Of a stretch of DNA of 37,801 bases, positions 34,428-37,801 are shown one piece after another (position 1 is the stretch's first letter; every line of letters starts with the position of its first letter). The translations under genes and the position numbers were made by a program. The stretch is from positions 1-37,801 of the forward strand of contig NIVC01004696.1 of assembly GCA_002269645.1 (NCBI GenBank), given 5' to 3'. The notes below the pieces were generated by a model that saw nothing but the letters and a program-made list of their open reading frames with translations, had not been told where the DNA came from and ran no database searches. This DNA is from Macrostomum lignano. Its lineage: Eukaryota.

Positions 34428-35057
34428 AGCAGATAAATGGGAACGCGACCGGTTCAACCAACGTAAAGGTCAGATGTTGAGTAATGTTGATCGAATAAAT
34501 TATGATTATGATTTATATACTAAAAAAGTAAGAAGAATTTCAAATCATATCAGAAATATGGACTTTTTCAATATTGGATTTGGAAGCTTATCAATGTTAT
34601 GTGTAATCGTTTTAGGTATTTTACAATCTATTCCAACTCTTAATTTATCTCAATTATTTTTAGGTATTTCAATTGGCTCAATATCAGGTTTTGAATTGAT
34701 CAGAACTTATCAATACTTTTAGCAATTAAATTATATCTTAAAAAAAGAAAGGAAAAATATAAATCATTAAGAGATGTTGCAAAACAATATAAAAATCAAT
34801 TATATTTATATGTGCAAAAAATATTGGATGACGGAGAGATAACGATTCATGAATTATCAACCGCGGTTGAATTATATGAAAAATATTTAAAAGATAGAAA
34901 TAGAATTTTAGATGTTGAAACTTTTACCGATATGGAATTAAAAGAGTTGAGACTCGATAAACCCAAAGCTCCACCTATAGAAACATTAGGTATTTACGAA
35001 CCTGAAACTATTGCTACTGGGCACAAAGCCGCGGTCAGGAAGTGCTGTAGAACTTAA
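34414..35057 (+). CDS. Putative membrane-active protein (resembles the adintovirus 'GasderminX'-type ORF), frameshift near 34695
   Basis: Two hydrophobic helices, then in the shifted frame KLYLKKRKEKY...KILDDGEITIHEL...YEKY, a pattern I associate with this Polinton ORF family. Recalled from memory, not searched. Confidence 0.45.
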
Positions 35058-35167
35058 GGTTGTTTAGTTTTTCTAATGCATATGTTATATATTCTTCCCA
35101 AAGTGGTAACTCTCTTCTGATCTAGGTTTAAATTTTTTATCAATACATAAAAATTCCAATGACTTTT

Positions 35168-35530
35168 TCATAACATTTCGTTAGGTATGTTACCTATCCT
35201 TATAAACTTTGTATTCTCTCGAATAAGAAAATTGAAATAATATCCAACTAAAATTAAAATCCTTTCAGAGTCTTTCGAACTTAATCCCTTTCCTTTATTT
35301 AAATGGAAAAAGTTATTATATAAATAAACATTATTTCCGGGAATTAAAATTGGATCAGAAATGTCTCTTGTAAGATTTCTTAAAATTGTGTTTTTAAAAT
35401 AGTAATATGAGTTTTCAATCTTTTTTGTTTTTTCAAATTGATATATTTTAGAACATGAATAACACATATGATATATATCTCCGTTTGCTGTTTGCCCTCT
35501 GTGCATAGTCACATTACATTTATTACACAT
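35168..35530 (-). CDS. Hypothetical protein with N-terminal CxxC/CxxC zinc ribbon, 120 aa
   Basis: CNKC...CYSC. Confidence 0.45.
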   Translation of the reverse strand: MCNKCNVTMHRGQTANGDIYHMCYSCSKIYQFEKTKKIENSYYYFKNTILRNLTRDISDPILIPGNNVYLYNNFFHLNKGKGLSSKDSERILILVGYYFNFLIRENTKFIRIGNIPNEML

Positions 35531-35569
35531 AAATGTCTTTCATTTTTTTGTTATTTTTTTAGATTAAAA

Positions 35570-35902
35570 ATGGAGAGCTGGTTCAAAACCGATTCTAATG
35601 TGATTAATTATCTCACACCCAATATGTTGGAGAATAAAGAATATAATATTATATGTTTGAGACAGGTTAAATTTATTGGGCTTCAATCAATATTTTTACA
35701 ATTAGATGGGCAAAAAATTTTATGTCTAAGCGGAGATGATGTTAAAAATTTTCCTGTTTTAGTTATTAATAAACCTAAAGCGTTTGTTATGAAATACAGC
35801 AACGAGGGTGGATTGCAATTTAAACTAAAACAAACAAATAATAAAAAGAGTGATAGGACTGTAAAATTGGCTTCGGTTTGGGAGGATGACGACGAAGACT
35901 AA
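35570..35902 (+). CDS. Hypothetical beta-rich protein with acidic tail (possible OB-fold ssDNA-binding protein), 110 aa
   Basis: TTAAAAATG start; ends WEDDDED. The function is inference only. Confidence 0.45.
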   Translation: MESWFKTDSNVINYLTPNMLENKEYNIICLRQVKFIGLQSIFLQLDGQKILCLSGDDVKNFPVLVINKPKAFVMKYSNEGGLQFKLKQTNNKKSDRTVKLASVWEDDDED

Positions 35903-35917
35903 ATTTTTTATAAGAAA

Positions 35918-36277
35918 ATGGATACGATAAAAATCCTTATCACTAAAGAGCGTGAACTTAATGATATTAATAAAAAAATAAATATAATTATATCTCAGAA
36001 ATATCATGAGTATGGGGACGATATGTTTCCCATCCGATATGAGATAGATAAAAGAAAACGTTTTTTAAGACAAGATATTGTTTATGCTGAAATAGTAATT
36101 GAAATTGAAATAGATAGATTGGTTAGAAAAATAAAAAAACTTAGGAAAAAAATAAAGGATTGTTTAAGTTACCCTGCCGACTGTGAGGATAATTGGTGCT
36201 CAATAATATATGAAATTGAAGTTAATGATTTGCTCAAACAATTACATGCTTTAGTTTTTTACAGACCCGATAAGTAA
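35918..36277 (+). CDS. Polinton hypothetical protein, 119 aa
   Basis: AAAATG start; coiled-coil-like composition; converges on the pPolB 3' end. Confidence 0.45.
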   Translation: MDTIKILITKERELNDINKKINIIISQKYHEYGDDMFPIRYEIDKRKRFLRQDIVYAEIVIEIEIDRLVRKIKKLRKKIKDCLSYPADCEDNWCSIIYEIEVNDLLKQLHALVFYRPDK

Positions 36278-37801
36278 TTTTTCTGTTAATCTCTTCCAGT
36301 TATTCAAGACTTTTTCCTTATTTAATTTTTTAAGTTCTTTTGGAAATGTTGAATAATAATTATCTATATCTTTTTCATATTCTAGAAATGTATTATATTC
36401 ACAATCACATTCGTATTCACAATCACAATCGTAATAATAATTATTTATTGCCGCTTTGTATTCATTATATTTACTTATTATATCTTCTTTTTGTTTTTTA
36501 TCTTTTATCATATTTTTTATCTCTTCTTTTAAACCAAATGGATATGTTTTAATTTTATCATCTAAATATCTTTTATCATCAAATGGACTTAATGTTTTTT
36601 ATCTGTCTCGATGACAAACATCTGATGCTTATCTGAATTTAATCGATATTGTGGAGCATGATAATTTTCAATTGTATTAAGGTAATCTAAAAGTACGTTT
36701 TTATAATCATCAAATGTTATCTTTTTACTGCTGCTCTTGATACCCCTTTTATTTTTTTTACCTCTCCCTCCTGTCCTAAAACCTTAAATGCATAGCATTT
36801 TGATCTTATTGCTATAAACTCGGTTATGATTTTGCTATTTAATTCATCTTTCATTTTAAGTACAACTTTTTTATTTTGATCTGATTTTAAAGGATGGTTA
36901 TCCGGATAGTCGGAGGTATCCAATGTATCCTTAATTTTTTCCATATCTTTATAGACATCGAACCTTTGGTTCGCGGACTCCGTCCGGTCATCTGTTTCAA
37001 CCTTAAATTCCAAACTGTCGGTGTCTGCATATATTGGATAGTTATCTGGCCATGTTTTATTTATAACATCATAATAGTATTCATACATTACTAGCTTTGC
37101 AAAATCTAAAACAAACCATTCCAATAAATATTGGTTTAAGAAATTTTGTTGTTTTATTTCTCATATGAATACCCATAAAGTTATCATCAAATTTTATAAA
37201 GTCTTTAAAGTTAGGTTTTGAGAAATATTTCTTTGCTTTATCAATATCCTTTTCTAAATGGAATTGGGTTCTATCTCTAATATTTTCAACCGTTTTTCCA
37301 TAAAAAGCATTATTCATTAATTTCCAATAATCTTTCTCAAAATTTGTTTTTGACATCTGTCTCTGATTTGAATTAAAGTCAATTATTTAGCTAACCAATC
37401 TTCCTCAATAAACGATATTGTTCGATGTACTTTAGACACTTTTAATCCCTGCTTTTCATAAAATTGTAGAAGCTTATAATGCACTACATAGTTTTTCTTA
37501 TCATGTAAATTTAATATTAATTTTTGTTGCTAGATGTTTTGCATTATCTACTTTAAGATAATCTTTTTGTGTTTGTGATAAATCATCTTCATTAACTGAA
37601 CAATGCTCTGGAGCTAAAGGATATTTATATGTTTTGCTTTTGCTTCCGAGTATATTGCAAATCCACTTCTACGATACAGCCCCTTCCTTCGGGAATATTT
37701 TTGTAATAATCGGGGTCATCTTCCATTGGAAATCAGCTATTGCGTAATTTTTGTTTCATACAACCACCGTATAAATTGTTTGCATCTAGATATAATACAT
37801 A
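36251..37801 (-). CDS. Protein-primed family B DNA polymerase, C-terminal part, at least five frameshifts
   Basis: Across frames: YLDANNLYG (motif A, at the window end), YPLAPE, LILNLHDKKNYVVHY, KLMNNAFYGKTVEN (motif B), IYADTDS (motif C), KCYAF, KIKGVS and LSPFDDKRY. The last frame runs into ORF 36251-36511. Confidence 0.95.

Larger units (their letters stand above)
24279..37801. mobile_element. Polinton/Maverick (adintovirus-like endogenous virus); left end present, right end outside the window
   Basis: AGTAGT terminus at 24279, abrupt shift to AT-rich densely packed ORFs with no spliceosomal introns seen, and the hallmark set of integrase, pPolB, ATPase, adenain, and major and minor capsid proteins. 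Confidence 0.96.

Overview
Eukaryotic, probably invertebrate-animal, genomic DNA in two parts. Bases 1-24278 are host DNA: the 3' part of a P4-type ATPase (ATP11-like flippase), a 5-exon calmodulin-like gene with a Lys-rich tail, a tandem cluster of intronless class A GPCRs (two intact, one frameshifted, one relic), many micro- and minisatellites, a CORE-SINE, and hAT, Penelope and RTE relics. Bases 24279-37801 are an AT-rich Polinton/Maverick (adintovirus-like) element that runs off the window. It has an AGTAGT terminus, rve integrase, PLA2-like domain, HNH nuclease, major and minor capsid proteins, packaging ATPase, adenain protease, a lectin-tipped fibre and a protein-primed PolB. The most notable result is a ~324-nt group I intron (IC-like) whose helices P1, P3, P4, P5abc, P6, P7, P8 and P9 can be paired by eye. 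It interrupts a PLA2-integrase fusion ORF and lies directly downstream of a free-standing HNH endonuclease gene. Second, a family of GC-rich double triloop hairpins recurs at Polinton gene boundaries and in-frame inside pPolB, the ATPase and the protease. Many single-base frameshifts sit in homopolymers near both window ends and are probably consensus errors. All protein and RNA family calls come from motif recognition by eye; no database search or folding program was run.
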